Under the pieces are notes generated by a model. The model searched no databases, was not told the origin of the DNA, and saw only the letters and a program-made list of their open reading frames with translations. DNA of 64,000 bases from Alphaproteobacteria bacterium (GTDB taxonomy: Bacteria; Pseudomonadota; Alphaproteobacteria; Bin95): contig OZ224045.1 in assembly GCA_963665325.3 (NCBI GenBank), positions 2,080,001 through 2,144,000 of the forward strand, written 5' to 3'. Shown here in pieces: positions 1 through 10,300 of the stretch. How positions within the stretch are numbered: position 1 is the stretch's first letter; the number at the start of each line of letters is the position of its first letter. Both the position numbers and the translations under genes were made by a program.

Positions 1-335
1 ACGTCGTTCCGAAGATTCGCCGCCAGACCGTGCGGCTTGCGCGGGTAGCTCGCGCTGTGAAGCGCGCCGCCGCAGCGCGGGCAACCCGCCGCCCGGCACG
101 CCTCCGCCTCGGCCGCGTCGACCTGCTTCAGAAAATCCCAAACCCGGGCGTTGGAGAGATTGGAGTGCCGGAACAGCTTGTGCGACATTGGGGCCGTCTC
201 AGGTTGATGTCACTGTCACCGAGACAAGCCCTCCGGCGGCCTTCTTGCAAGATCGCCGGGGGGCACCCAATCCAAAACCTCGATTAATCCGAGCCGATCA
301 GCCCCTGATCGCCGCTGAAAGCCTGCGCCCGCTCA
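1..335 (-). mobile_element. Partial second copy (terminus) of the 4-gene DDE element at 17541-21890
   Basis: Bases 1-335 match 21556-21890; identity stops abruptly after ...GCCTGCGCCCGCTCA in both copies. Confidence 0.92.
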
Positions 336-794
336 GCGTATCCATTGGATGCCGGCCCTCGCACCGGGTCCCGGTTCTGGCTCGTCGCCATCATGCTGTT
401 GCCGGTCGGGCGAAGACGGGGATGTGGGGGCGTCGTCGTCAAGTGGTCTGGGGCTCTCGGCCCAGGGTCCGAAGAAGACAGGCTCGGTGTCGGGCTCGAG
501 CTGGATGGCGAAGCGGAGACGGTCGTGGTCGTAGACTTCGAACGTGAGGGTGGAGGCGTGTTTGATGAGCTCGTGGTTGGTGTCGTAGTAGGGTTCCGTG
601 TCGTCTTCTTCGTAGTCGATGCGGCGTTGGTTCTGGCGCCAGCGCTGAAGATCGGTGAGACATTCCTCGCGGGTGGCATAGGTGCGGATGTCTTCCGGCG
701 GGTCGATATCGTCCGGGAAGTCGGGATCGATTTCGGTGAAGACCGTGGTGAACGGTCGTTCCGGGTCGAGACGAATGTGGAAGGGGAGCGGCAT
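333..794 (-). pseudogene. Hypothetical protein, N-terminal paralogue of the 829-2508 protein, probably truncated by the DDE element
   Basis: MPLP..DPERPF..IRTYATREECLTDLQRW..TFEVY..GPWA matches the start of the 559-aa ORF; its stop codon is the TGA of the element terminus. Confidence 0.7.
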
Positions 795-828
795 CGGTTC
801 GTTTCCGGGAAGGGGGCGTTGCGGCCGG

Positions 829-2508
829 TCAGGCGCTCATGGAGAACGACTCCTCCCGGGAGTCGGCGCGGGCTTCGGCGCGGGCCCGGCGCTGAGCGGC
901 GACTTCCTCGGGAGAGGGGGGCTTCTGGAAGCGGTCCTCGCGAAGGAACGAGATAGCGGTCCGGGCGGACTCCTCGGAGGCGCCGGCGCGCTTGAAGTGG
1001 GGGGCGAGGCGGGGATCCTGCAGCATTGCTTCGCTACGGGATGCGGCCCGGTCGGCCTTGTCGCGCCAGGCGCTGAACCCTGGAGCCTCGTGAATGGGCT
1101 GGCGGCTCGATTTCGACCAGTTGATGTGCCGGACCAGTTCGTCGGACATGTCGGTGAGGTCTTGGGCGGCCTCGACCGCGGTGACTTTCCTCTGGATGGC
1201 GACTTCGAGCTGGGCGGCCAGGGACTCGATATGAGCGAGTCTCTCCGGGATGCCCGCGCATGTTTCGCGGGTCTGTCGAAGGGTGAACTGCAGACTGTCG
1301 AAGCCCTGCGAATAGGGAAGAAGGTTGGCGTCGCCGTCAACGGACTCCAGGGCGCGGTCGTAGTCTGCGGCGAGCCGGTTCATGGGAGGATTCTGGACCG
1401 GCTCGCGGGTTATCGAGAGGACGCTTGGATGAAAGACCGTAGGGATGGCGGGGTCAGCCAGGCGGTCGATCTGAAGCTGGAGGTTCGGGAGGAAGGGCAG
1501 GTGCTCGCTGAGAGCCGGATCTGCGCGGATCTCCGTCCAACCTGCGATGGCCTCGTTTCGGTAGGCGAGCCATTCGAAGAAGTCGGGCGCATATTGAAGG
1601 GCTCTGACGCCGACGCCGGAGTCTCTGGCTTGTTGCAGGAGTTTGTCGAGGCGCAGGCAGGCAGAGTGGGCGCTTCCGCAGGTGGTGGCGACTTTGGCGC
1701 GGTTGTCCTTGCCGGTGTCGAGGGTATGGAGCAGGGCCTTGAGCTTGTCCTCCTGGCGGTCGGGGTAGTGAGCGGTGTCGAGCGCCTTCCGGGTGAGGTA
1801 GTGAAGATCCTCGAAGCCCTCCTGGTGGACGAGGCCGGCAAGATTGTCGCCGGCTGCCTGGAACAGCGCCGCGTAATCGGCCTTGATGGTTTCCCAGGTG
1901 TTTTCCGGTGTTTCGGTCATGGTCCGGAAATGCTGTTCGGCAGCGCGCTTGAGGAGGCGTTCGGTCTGGCTGCGGTCGATGTGGCCACCCTCCGCGCGGG
2001 CCCGGTCGCCCATGTCTTCGAATGTCTTGATGATGGCGCGGCGGGTCGCAGGAGCAACTTCGTCGGGGTCGGAGAGGTAGCCCAGGAACTGACCGATGGA
2101 TGAGGTCTTGTCCTGTGCATACATCCAGATAGCGGTTTCACGTCTCGGGTCGCCCGCGTCTTGCGCGATGTAGTCATCGACCTGGATCTGCGACCGGGCT
2201 GCGGATGCGCGCGCCCAGGGACCGGCTTCGCGGTGGCCGAGCCGGTCTATGTCGAGCTGGAGGCGGAGTTCGCCGTTCTCGTAAACCTCGAAGGTGTAGG
2301 TGTTGTCGTCGCCCTGGTATCCGACGCCTAGATGGTAATAGCGGTCCTGGCGGACCAGGCTGGAGTCCTGCCAGCGATCGAGGTCGGCAAGGCACTCTTC
2401 GCGGGTCGCGTATCGGCGGATTTCGTCGGGATCGTGGAAGCTGGTGGCCTTGCGGACCGTGATGAACGGCCTGTCGGGGTCCGGGGTCACGCCTTCGGGA
2501 AGCGGCAT
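829..2508 (-). CDS. Modular hypothetical protein (559 aa); C-terminal half paralogous to that of the 1038-aa protein
   Basis: Long ORF; TWETIKADYAALFQAAG vs TWEKIKADHTTIFQAAG; both proteins end in SMSA. Confidence 0.8.
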   Translation of the reverse strand: MPLPEGVTPDPDRPFITVRKATSFHDPDEIRRYATREECLADLDRWQDSSLVRQDRYYHLGVGYQGDDNTYTFEVYENGELRLQLDIDRLGHREAGPWARASAARSQIQVDDYIAQDAGDPRRETAIWMYAQDKTSSIGQFLGYLSDPDEVAPATRRAIIKTFEDMGDRARAEGGHIDRSQTERLLKRAAEQHFRTMTETPENTWETIKADYAALFQAAGDNLAGLVHQEGFEDLHYLTRKALDTAHYPDRQEDKLKALLHTLDTGKDNRAKVATTCGSAHSACLRLDKLLQQARDSGVGVRALQYAPDFFEWLAYRNEAIAGWTEIRADPALSEHLPFLPNLQLQIDRLADPAIPTVFHPSVLSITREPVQNPPMNRLAADYDRALESVDGDANLLPYSQGFDSLQFTLRQTRETCAGIPERLAHIESLAAQLEVAIQRKVTAVEAAQDLTDMSDELVRHINWSKSSRQPIHEAPGFSAWRDKADRAASRSEAMLQDPRLAPHFKRAGASEESARTAISFLREDRFQKPPSPEEVAAQRRARAEARADSREESFSMSA

Positions 2509-2541
2509 TTCCGTATCTCCGGTTGGGGTGGGGTCGGCCGG

Positions 2542-5500
2542 TCAGGCGCTCATGGAGCGGCCTTCTTCCATGCTCTCCTGCCGGGCCTGCTGCAGGGCTG
2601 CCGGCAGTTGGGGAACGATCGGAAGCTGGAAGCGCTCGTCGCGCAGGAGGGCGACGGCGACTTCGGTTGACTCGGCCGAGGCGCCGGCGCGTTCGAGGTG
2701 CGGCGCGAGCTTGGGGTCGTTGCGCATGGTCTCGCAGCGCGAGACGATCGCATCGGCGCTGTCCCGCCACTCCTTGAAGTTGGGAGCTTCGTGAACGGGC
2801 CGCTCGGTCTTCGCGGCCCACTGCTGGAAGCCGAGGACCTGGGTGCAGGCTTCGGAGAGATCGCGGGCCGCGGCGCCGGCTTCCGCCTGGCGTTGGCTCG
2901 ATGCCTGGAGCCGGCCGTCCAGTTTCTGGAGGTCCTTCACCTGGTCGGGTTGCGAGACGAGCTCGCCGGCGACTTGCCGGACGGTCTGGCGGAGCTCGTC
3001 GAAGTGAGGCGAGTAGGCGACGAGGTTCGGGTCCCGGTCGACGAAGGCGAGCGCGTGCTCGTAGAGATTGTTGACGCGCTCCATGTGCCTGTTGCCGGTC
3101 TCGAGGGCGGGATGGAACAGCGACGGCAGGTCGGGATTGGAGAGGCGCTCGATTTCGGCCTTCATGCCGTCCTCGCCGAGCCGGGGCAAATGATCCTTGA
3201 GCTCGGGGTTTCGGGCTGCGTTGTTCCACTGGGCAACGGTCGCATCGCGGTCTCTCAGCCAGGCGATGAAGCCCGGGGCGAGCTCGATCGGGCGTCCGGG
3301 CTCGGCCGCCACCCACTCCTTCAGGCCGTCCAGCCGATCCGTGAGGCCTTCTATGCGGCCCTGGAGGGTCTGGACGGTATCCCGGCGTTCTGCCTCGGTA
3401 TCGAGGTCGTCCCGGAGTTTGTGAAGACGGGGCGCGTGCTGTTTCGGGTGGTTCCCGGTCGCTATGGCGGTGGTGACCAGGCCGCGGAACTCATCGAAGC
3501 CTTCCTGGTAGGGGAGAAGGTGGGCCCGGTTGCCGGCGGCCTGGAAGATGGTCGTGTGGTCGGCCTTGATCTTCTCCCAGGTGCCGTCCGGATCGGGCTG
3601 GAGAACCGGCGTGGGCAGGTTTGCCATTTCGGCAGCGGGGTCGACGTGCCAGGTCGATCTTCCGGCGCGCTGGATCATGTCCTCGAGGATTGCGCCCCTG
3701 GCGCCGAAGGCGACGAGGCCCTGGATCGACAGTTTCTCGAAGATCTTCTCGTTCCGCATGATCGGGGCCTTGCCCTGGGTATGCGGGCCCCATTCCGGCT
3801 GCGCGGCGATCTGGGGGACGTCGTTACGCTCGGCCCATTCGGCGAAGAGCTTGTCGTAGCCCTTGTCGTTTCCGCCATGGACCAGGACCGTGTCGGGATA
3901 TTTGGCGAGCACGCTGTCGAGATAGCGGTCGACAACGGGGCGGTGCGGCTCTTCCTGCTCGGGGGCCAAGGCGCCGCCGGCGGCGACGACATACTGGCCG
4001 TGGCGGTAGATGGCTTCGTGCCGGTGCTGTTCGACCTGCTTCAGGAGGTTCTCGGCCTCGAGTGTCGCGAGCGTGTGGGTATGGTCGAGCCTGGCGTATC
4101 CGTCCGGGTTCCAGGGCTGCCGGGCTTCGCGCTGGTAGACTTTCCCGGCCTGGAGGAAGAGTTGGTTGAAGACGTCGCGGCGCATATCGTAGTTGCGGGA
4201 GAGTGCGTCCCTGGTCTCTTGAGCCAGGTCGGTATCGCGCGCAGTATCCCTGGCTTCGCCGTTGAGGCGTCCCAGCTGCTTCTTGAAAACATTGACGACG
4301 CCCCAGAGCAGTTGCTCGCGTTCGTCGTTGAGCTGGTAGCCGTCGGCGGTAACGCGTTCGGCCAGAAGGTTGATGGCGAAGGCCAGGGTTTCCCGGGGCG
4401 TTTCGATCCTGTCGGGGTGCTCGGGGTCTGCGGCGCCAGCGGCGGTTGCGGCGCGGCCGGTGCGGCGCTCGCTGCGCGCGGGATCGGTGTCGCCTGCGTC
4501 CAGCTCCGGACGGAATTCGTTGTGGTCGAGCGTGTAGCCGGGCATGAGGCGGCCGCGGGTGGCATGGAGCTGGGCGGCGCTCTCGATCTCCGCGATGGGG
4601 ACGCGGGCGGCCCTGGCCTTGGCGACGAGGTCGCCCGGCACGCCGGTCCGGGCGCCGGGGAAGACGACGAGGCCGTTGATGGCGACTCCTTCCTCCTTCC
4701 GGCCCTTCTCGTCCATGTGGTGAACGATGCGGGTGTTTCGGGCCCTGAGTTCGGCCTGTAAGTCCGGGGCATCGAAGTCGGGCTTCACGGCCTGGAGCGG
4801 CACGTTGTACTGGGTCGCCCATTCGGCTGCATGGCGGTCGGCGCCGGTCTTGTTGCCTCCCGTAACGACGACGAGGTCGGGGTGATCCTTCAGCAGCCGG
4901 GAGAGGGTTCCCCAGACGAGAGCGTGCCCGGGGCGCTGTCCGGAGACGACGGCTATGCGGGTGCCTTCGGCGCGTTCGAGCCAGGTGCGGGCCTTGAGGT
5001 GGTCGGTGAGCGATACCTTGGGCGCGCGGGCCGGCTCGGTAAGGGAGAAGGTGGACTTGTTGGATTCGCGCGCGCGCCAGGCGCTGTCGGTCAGCGTCTC
5101 GTAGGCGATGGATGCGGTATTGGTGAGGCGGTCGAAGGCGAGCGCGCGGTCGTAAAGGTTCCGGGCCTCGTCAGTCTTCTGTGTGAGTTCGTTGTCGCGG
5201 ACTTCGGATCCGTCCTGGGAATGGATGAGCTCGCGGATTGTATGGGCCATGCCTTCGATGCGCTTGTGCAGGCGTTCCGACTGGGCGTTGAGGACGTAGA
5301 CGAAGCCCCAGAGGATCTGGTCGCGATCCTCGGCGAGCGGCGAGCCGTCGGGCGCGAGCCTGGTCGCGATGATGTTCATGACCTCTTCGACGGCGGTGTG
5401 TGCGTCGTCCGGGTCGTAGACGGCCCGGGTGTCGGGCTCGCCGCGGGCGGGCCCGAGGCCGAAGATGCGGGCCTGGTTCATCCAGTCGCCGACGTCGGAG

Positions 5501-5658
5501 CCGAGGGCGCGGTCGGTCGGGTCGGTCCGGTCGGGATCGTCCTGGTCGTAGGGGTCGGGTTCGTCGACGTCCGGCCCCGCTCCTACCGGCCCGAATTGTT
5601 CGAATTCGTCGGGATCTTCGATTTGGAAGGGATCGGTATCAATGTTGGGATTATCCAT
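2542..5658 (-). CDS. 1038-aa protein with two DUF2493/SLOG-like (YspA-related) domains plus a C-terminal helical module
   Basis: Two copies of the SLOG-like signature (HPDLVVVTGGNKTGADRHAAEWA; YPDTVLVHGGNDKGYDKLFAEWA), each preceded by a helical unit (ERxQ(I/L)LWGxVxV-like). Confidence 0.75.
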   Translation of the reverse strand: MDNPNIDTDPFQIEDPDEFEQFGPVGAGPDVDEPDPYDQDDPDRTDPTDRALGSDVGDWMNQARIFGLGPARGEPDTRAVYDPDDAHTAVEEVMNIIATRLAPDGSPLAEDRDQILWGFVYVLNAQSERLHKRIEGMAHTIRELIHSQDGSEVRDNELTQKTDEARNLYDRALAFDRLTNTASIAYETLTDSAWRARESNKSTFSLTEPARAPKVSLTDHLKARTWLERAEGTRIAVVSGQRPGHALVWGTLSRLLKDHPDLVVVTGGNKTGADRHAAEWATQYNVPLQAVKPDFDAPDLQAELRARNTRIVHHMDEKGRKEEGVAINGLVVFPGARTGVPGDLVAKARAARVPIAEIESAAQLHATRGRLMPGYTLDHNEFRPELDAGDTDPARSERRTGRAATAAGAADPEHPDRIETPRETLAFAINLLAERVTADGYQLNDEREQLLWGVVNVFKKQLGRLNGEARDTARDTDLAQETRDALSRNYDMRRDVFNQLFLQAGKVYQREARQPWNPDGYARLDHTHTLATLEAENLLKQVEQHRHEAIYRHGQYVVAAGGALAPEQEEPHRPVVDRYLDSVLAKYPDTVLVHGGNDKGYDKLFAEWAERNDVPQIAAQPEWGPHTQGKAPIMRNEKIFEKLSIQGLVAFGARGAILEDMIQRAGRSTWHVDPAAEMANLPTPVLQPDPDGTWEKIKADHTTIFQAAGNRAHLLPYQEGFDEFRGLVTTAIATGNHPKQHAPRLHKLRDDLDTEAERRDTVQTLQGRIEGLTDRLDGLKEWVAAEPGRPIELAPGFIAWLRDRDATVAQWNNAARNPELKDHLPRLGEDGMKAEIERLSNPDLPSLFHPALETGNRHMERVNNLYEHALAFVDRDPNLVAYSPHFDELRQTVRQVAGELVSQPDQVKDLQKLDGRLQASSQRQAEAGAAARDLSEACTQVLGFQQWAAKTERPVHEAPNFKEWRDSADAIVSRCETMRNDPKLAPHLERAGASAESTEVAVALLRDERFQLPIVPQLPAALQQARQESMEEGRSMSA

Positions 5659-5688
5659 AGTTCGATCTCCCTGGGGCCGTTCGTATCA

Positions 5689-5720
5689 ATTATAGGAGTC
5701 GAGTAGAGCGAAGCTGTCAA
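5689..5720 (-). promoter_or_regulatory. Sigma70-like promoter with perfect hexamers and a 20-bp spacer, upstream of the 1038-aa gene
   Basis: Minus strand TTGACA-N20-TATAAT in an AT-rich divergent intergenic region. Confidence 0.45.
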
Positions 5721-5800
5721 GAATCGATGAAATTGTGTTGACGGAATAATTAGTTTCGGGGCTTAGTGATTGTACCGACTTAGATACGGGGAGACGTGGA

Positions 5801-6151
5801 ATGGTTGGTGAGCATATGAACGGGGAAGATACCAACTTCGATCTTGGGAAAGTTCAAACGGTCGACGATGTTAAAGATGCCGTCGATTCGATGATCGATG
5901 CAACATTCGGTGTAATGGCGGAAACGGGCGGTGAAGTTGCGAACGAGGACAGGGGTCCGGTGCTGCTGGATATCGTGAACATGTTCGACGAGCGGGTGCT
6001 GGCACTGGAAGGAGCGCAGGGGGAGGTTGCGGAGGGGATCGACAGAGGGGCGCTGGAGGCGAGCCTGCACAGATGGGCGGCTGCGCGGGATCGGGCGGTG
6101 GAGCGGTATGAAGGAGAGACGGGAGTGATCTGGGAGCGCGCAGCAGGGTGA
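5801..6151 (+). CDS. Hypothetical protein resembling the stand-alone helical unit of the DUF2493 protein
   Basis: RBS-like GGAG; EDRGPVLLDIVNMFDERV..YEGETGVIW resembles EDRDQILWGFVYVLNAQS..YETLTDSAW. Confidence 0.6.
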   Translation: MVGEHMNGEDTNFDLGKVQTVDDVKDAVDSMIDATFGVMAETGGEVANEDRGPVLLDIVNMFDERVLALEGAQGEVAEGIDRGALEASLHRWAAARDRAVERYEGETGVIWERAAG

Positions 6152-6188
6152 ACGGATGGCCGGGTCGCGTTGGGACCCGGTCGAGCTG

Positions 6189-6233
6189 CAAGAAAAAGCC
6201 CCGCGGGCCGTAGAGGCCGGCGGGGCTTCTTGC
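6189..6233. terminator. Bidirectional rho-independent terminator
   Basis: AAGCCCCGC...GCGGGGCTT hairpin flanked by A and T tracts, between convergent genes. Confidence 0.7.
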
Positions 6234-6251
6234 TGGTGAAGGGGGTGTGGG

Positions 6252-6506
6252 TCAATTGAAGAGCAGCGGCTGGCCTTCCATGGAGGCGGTCATGAGGGCA
6301 GTCCAGATATCGCGGGACATGCCGAGCCTCGCGTTGAGCTTGTCGCACAGCCTTTCGGCGTCTTCGAGGCTGCGGGTCGAAAGGCTGGTGGAGATATAGC
6401 CGGGGTGTCCAAGGAAGACGATCCGGATTTCCTGGGGTTCGTCGGGGAAGTCGTAGGCGGGGCAGAAGGCGTAGGTTGGGTTGGCCTCGATCTGTTGCAG
6501 ACTCAT
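6252..6506 (-). CDS. Small hypothetical protein
   Basis: 84-aa ORF with normal composition, followed by a terminator. Confidence 0.6.
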   Translation of the reverse strand: MSLQQIEANPTYAFCPAYDFPDEPQEIRIVFLGHPGYISTSLSTRSLEDAERLCDKLNARLGMSRDIWTALMTASMEGQPLLFN

Positions 6507-6850
6507 GGCGCGGGTGCTTTTCGGTCCGGTGATGGGGGGAGGGGCGGCGTCCTTTCGTTGAGCTGGGGTTTCCGGATTGCTGGCCTGGAGGGGGCCGGCG
6601 GGTGAGGAGTGGCGAAAGCCGGTCGCCGGTTTCGTGCGATCGGTCGCGATTTGAGCGCGTTGGTGTAGGTGACGGCCCCAAACTGCACTTATTTGCTGAA
6701 GTCGACGGTTGAGCGCAGCAACCCGATAGCCACGCGGACGGCGGTTGGGAGCGTTCCTCGGCGGAGCGGTGGGTAAGTGTAGTCCGCCGCAGCGACCGGC
6801 GACGAGTTTGGTGCCGGCGGGCTGGCGTCCCGGAGGTCAGTACAGCGAGG

Positions 6851-7195
6851 CTATTCGTCTGCTCCACCCGGTTCGGGCGATGCCCCGGAAGCCTGAAGGT
6901 TACGGGCGATGATGTAGCGCTCGATGAAGTCGAGCTTGCCGAGGATCAGACCCTTGAGTTCGGCCTGTGAAGTCTCAAGGGCGCGAAGACGTTCGTCGAA
7001 GCCGTCCATGCGCTTTTCGAAGCCATCCATGCGCTTTTCCAGGCTGTTGCTGACTTCGCTGATGCGCTTGCCGAGGCTGTCGTTGACCTCGTCGATGCGC
7101 TTGCCGAGGCTGTTGTTCAGGCCGCGTTGGCCTTGAAGCATCAGCCCTGCGAGGGCTACGCCGACAGCGAGGATGGCGATCATCTCGGGGCTCAT
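6851..7195 (-). CDS. Membrane-anchored coiled-coil repeat protein
   Basis: Hydrophobic N-terminus, then 11-aa (SLGKRIDEVND) and 7-aa (KRMDGFE) repeats, with matching 33- and 21-bp DNA repeats. Confidence 0.7.
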   Translation of the reverse strand: MSPEMIAILAVGVALAGLMLQGQRGLNNSLGKRIDEVNDSLGKRISEVSNSLEKRMDGFEKRMDGFDERLRALETSQAELKGLILGKLDFIERYIIARNLQASGASPEPGGADE

Positions 7196-7384
7196 GAGGG
7201 ATTCCTATCAGGTCAGGGGTTGAAGGTCCACGCGGGGCGTTTCCGGGCGGTCGCAGGCGGGTGTCGCCCGGTTTGGAGGAACGGGGGAAGGTCCTGCCCG
7301 AAATTTCGGCATGTTGCCATCTCCGGCTTTGCTTCACTTCGGGTAGGGCGCTGGCGATGTTTGCGGTCCTGGGTTGCGGTGTCG

Positions 7385-10300
7385 TCAGGCGGCGAGCGGC
7401 CAGCGGGCGAAGATGCGGTCCAGCACGTGCGGCGCCGTTGGGAAGATGCGCGCGCGCCAGTTGATGAGCTCGATGGTGCAGCCGAGCTGGCGGAGCGCTT
7501 CGGTGTCGGTGTCGTCGGGGCCTTCGAGCTCGACGCGGTTGTCGCCCGAGATCGAGCGGCGGGTGAGGCGCCATCCGTTGGACAAGGGGAGGGCGGTGCC
7601 CCGGTTCAGGATCGCGTCGTAGGCCTCTTCGCCCGTGAGCTCGGTGGATCCTTCGAGATTGAAGGCTTTCCTGACCTTGCGCACCTGGTCGGCGTCGAGG
7701 ACCCGGCCGATGAGCTGTTCGCCGTCGTCGGTTGTGAGGCGCCGGACGCGCATGTTGTCGTCGGGGAGCCGGTTCCAGATGGGCAGGAGCAGGCCGGAGG
7801 TGATCCAGAAGCGGGAGTCGGTGTGGCTCGGGAGGCCGGCAAGTTCCCGCTGCCAGTGGGCGCGCCAGGGGGCTTCGTTGGAGAGCGTCCAGTTGGAGGC
7901 CTGGAGATCGGCGTAGGGGATGGTTTCGTGGCTTGCGGGCCTTACCAGGCGGACACGCCGCTGGACGCCCCCGTCGTCGAAGAGGCGGGAGGGAGCGGGA
8001 AGTATGAAGGCCGCGCGCCCTGAGCGGGTATTGATGACGAGGCGGGGCTTGCCGTCGGCGTCTCCGTATCGGCTGGCGGTGTCGATGGCCTCGTCGGCGG
8101 GGAGGGGGACGAGCCGGTTACGCCGGGCGATCTCGACGAGCTCGGTGACAGCGGAGGAGCGGGGATGTTCGAACAGGGTCTCGCGGGCGGTGATGGTGAG
8201 CGAGTCTGCGCGGACGGTCTCGACACCGACCTCGTACGTGCCGGCTTCCCTGGCACGGTCGATATTCTCGTCGATGCGCGTTTCCAGTTCGGTGAAGAGC
8301 TGGTTCTGCTCGTCGATCGGGAGCGCGAGCAGGCGGTTCAGGAACTGCGGCATCGGCGGCAGGTCTTCCTTGAGGGAGCCCTCATGCACGATCTTGAGGC
8401 CGGTCGCTTCCTGGAAGCGCTTGACGGACCATTCCTTGATGATGCCGCGGTGGATTGCGGCGTAGAGAAGGCGGAGCGCGGCCTTGGCGTACGGGCTCTC
8501 CAGGTTGTCGCTCTCGTTGAAGAGCGTCTGGCTGTCGGTGCCCATGGAGGCCTGGGAGTTGCGTTGGCCGCGGGTGATGGCGCCGAGGGAGTCGAGGCGC
8601 CGGGCGATGGTGGCGATGAACCTGCGCTCGCCTTTAACATCGGTGGTGACGGGCCGGAACAGCGGGGCGGAGGCCTGGTGCGTCCGGTGGGTGCGGCCGA
8701 GGCCCTGAATGGCCTGGTCGGCGCGCCAGCCGGGTTCCAGAAGATAGTGGATGCGCCGTTCCGTGTTGGGGCAGCCGAGATCGGCGTGATAGCTCCGGCC
8801 CGTGCCTCCTGCCATGGAGAAGACAAGGATGCGCTTGTCGCCTTGCATGAAGGCTGAGGTCTCGGCGAGGTTGGCGGATGCCGGGCGGCTGCGCAGCGTG
8901 AGGCGTTCTCCGTTGGCGTCGTTGATGCGCAGGACCCGGCGCGACCTGCCGGTGATTTCTGCGACGGCGTCGTGACCGAAATGCTGCACGATCTGGTCGA
9001 GGGCGGAGGCGACGGGCGGCAGAGCGGCGAGTTTGCCGATGAGGGCGTCGCGCCGCGCGATCGCTTCCTGGCAGAGGACGGCGTGACCGTCCTGGTCGAA
9101 GACGGGCCGGGAGTAGAGGTTGCCTTTGTCGTCGGTGAACTCCTGTTGGAGCTGGACCGGGAAGGAGTGGGCGAGGAACTCGATCACGGTTTCGCGCGGG
9201 GTGAGGTCGATAGAGAGATCGTCCCACTCGGAGGCCGGGATTTCGGCAATGCGCCGGTCCATGAGCGCTTCGCCGGTGGAGACGAGCTGGACGACGGCGG
9301 AATGGCCCGCTTCGAGGTCTTCCCGGATCGAGCGGATGAGCGTGGGACACTTCATGCTGGTCAGCAGGTGTCCGAAGAAGCGCTGCTTGGCGCCCTCGAA
9401 GGCGGAGAGTGCGGCGGCCTTGGCGCGGCGGTTGAGGGTGTCGTCGTCCTTGACGATTCCGGTGGCCTTGAGCGCTGCGTCGATATTCGAGTGTATGACT
9501 TTGAAGGCTTCGGCGTAGCTGTCGTAGATGCGCCGCTGCGACGGGGTGAGGGGATGTTCGAGGATGTCGACCTCGACGCCCTGGTAGGAGAGGGCGCGGG
9601 CCTGGTAGAGGCCGAGGGCCTTGAGGTCGCGGGCGACGATTTCCATGGCGGCAACGCCTCCGGCCTCCATGGCGGTGACGAAATCGGTCCGTCGATTGAA
9701 CGGGGAGTCGTCGGTGGACCAGAGGCCGAGCCTGGTCGCGTATGCCAGACCGGGAATGGTTGTGGCTCCGGTTGCGGAGACGTAGAGGATGCGGGCGTCC
9801 GGAAGGGCGTTCTGGAGGCGGAGGCCGGCTCGGCCCTGGAGTGAGCCCTTGGTGTCGCCGTGGTCGGTCCTGGTGCCGGCGGCGTTGGCCATGGCGTGGG
9901 CTTCGTCGAAGACGATGACGCCGTCGAATTCGTGGCAGTGGTGTTCCTGCAGGGAGCCGGCGAGCCATTCGACGATCTGGTCGAGGCGGGAGGGCTTGCC
10001 CTCGCGGGCGGGTGAGCGGAGCGTCGCGTAGGTGGCGAAGAGGATGCCTTCGGGCAGGGCAATCCTTGTTCCCTGGCGGAACTTCGAGATCGGAACGATC
10101 TGGTGCGCGGCGCCTCCGACGGATGTCCAGTCGCGCCTGGCGTCTTCGACGAGCTTGTCGGACTGGGAGAGCCAGAGTGCCTTGCGGCGGCCCTTGATCC
10201 AGTTGTCGAGGATGACGGCGGCGGCCTCGCGGCCCTTGCCCACTCCGGTGCCGTCGCCGAGCATCCAGCCGCGGCGCAGGTGAACCGGGAGCGATAGCGC

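Noticed and set aside
6510-6850. Structured ncRNA or ssDNA promoter (also 24620-24870)
   Set aside because: Long GC-rich intergenic stretches, but I could not establish a convincing fold or repeat by eye
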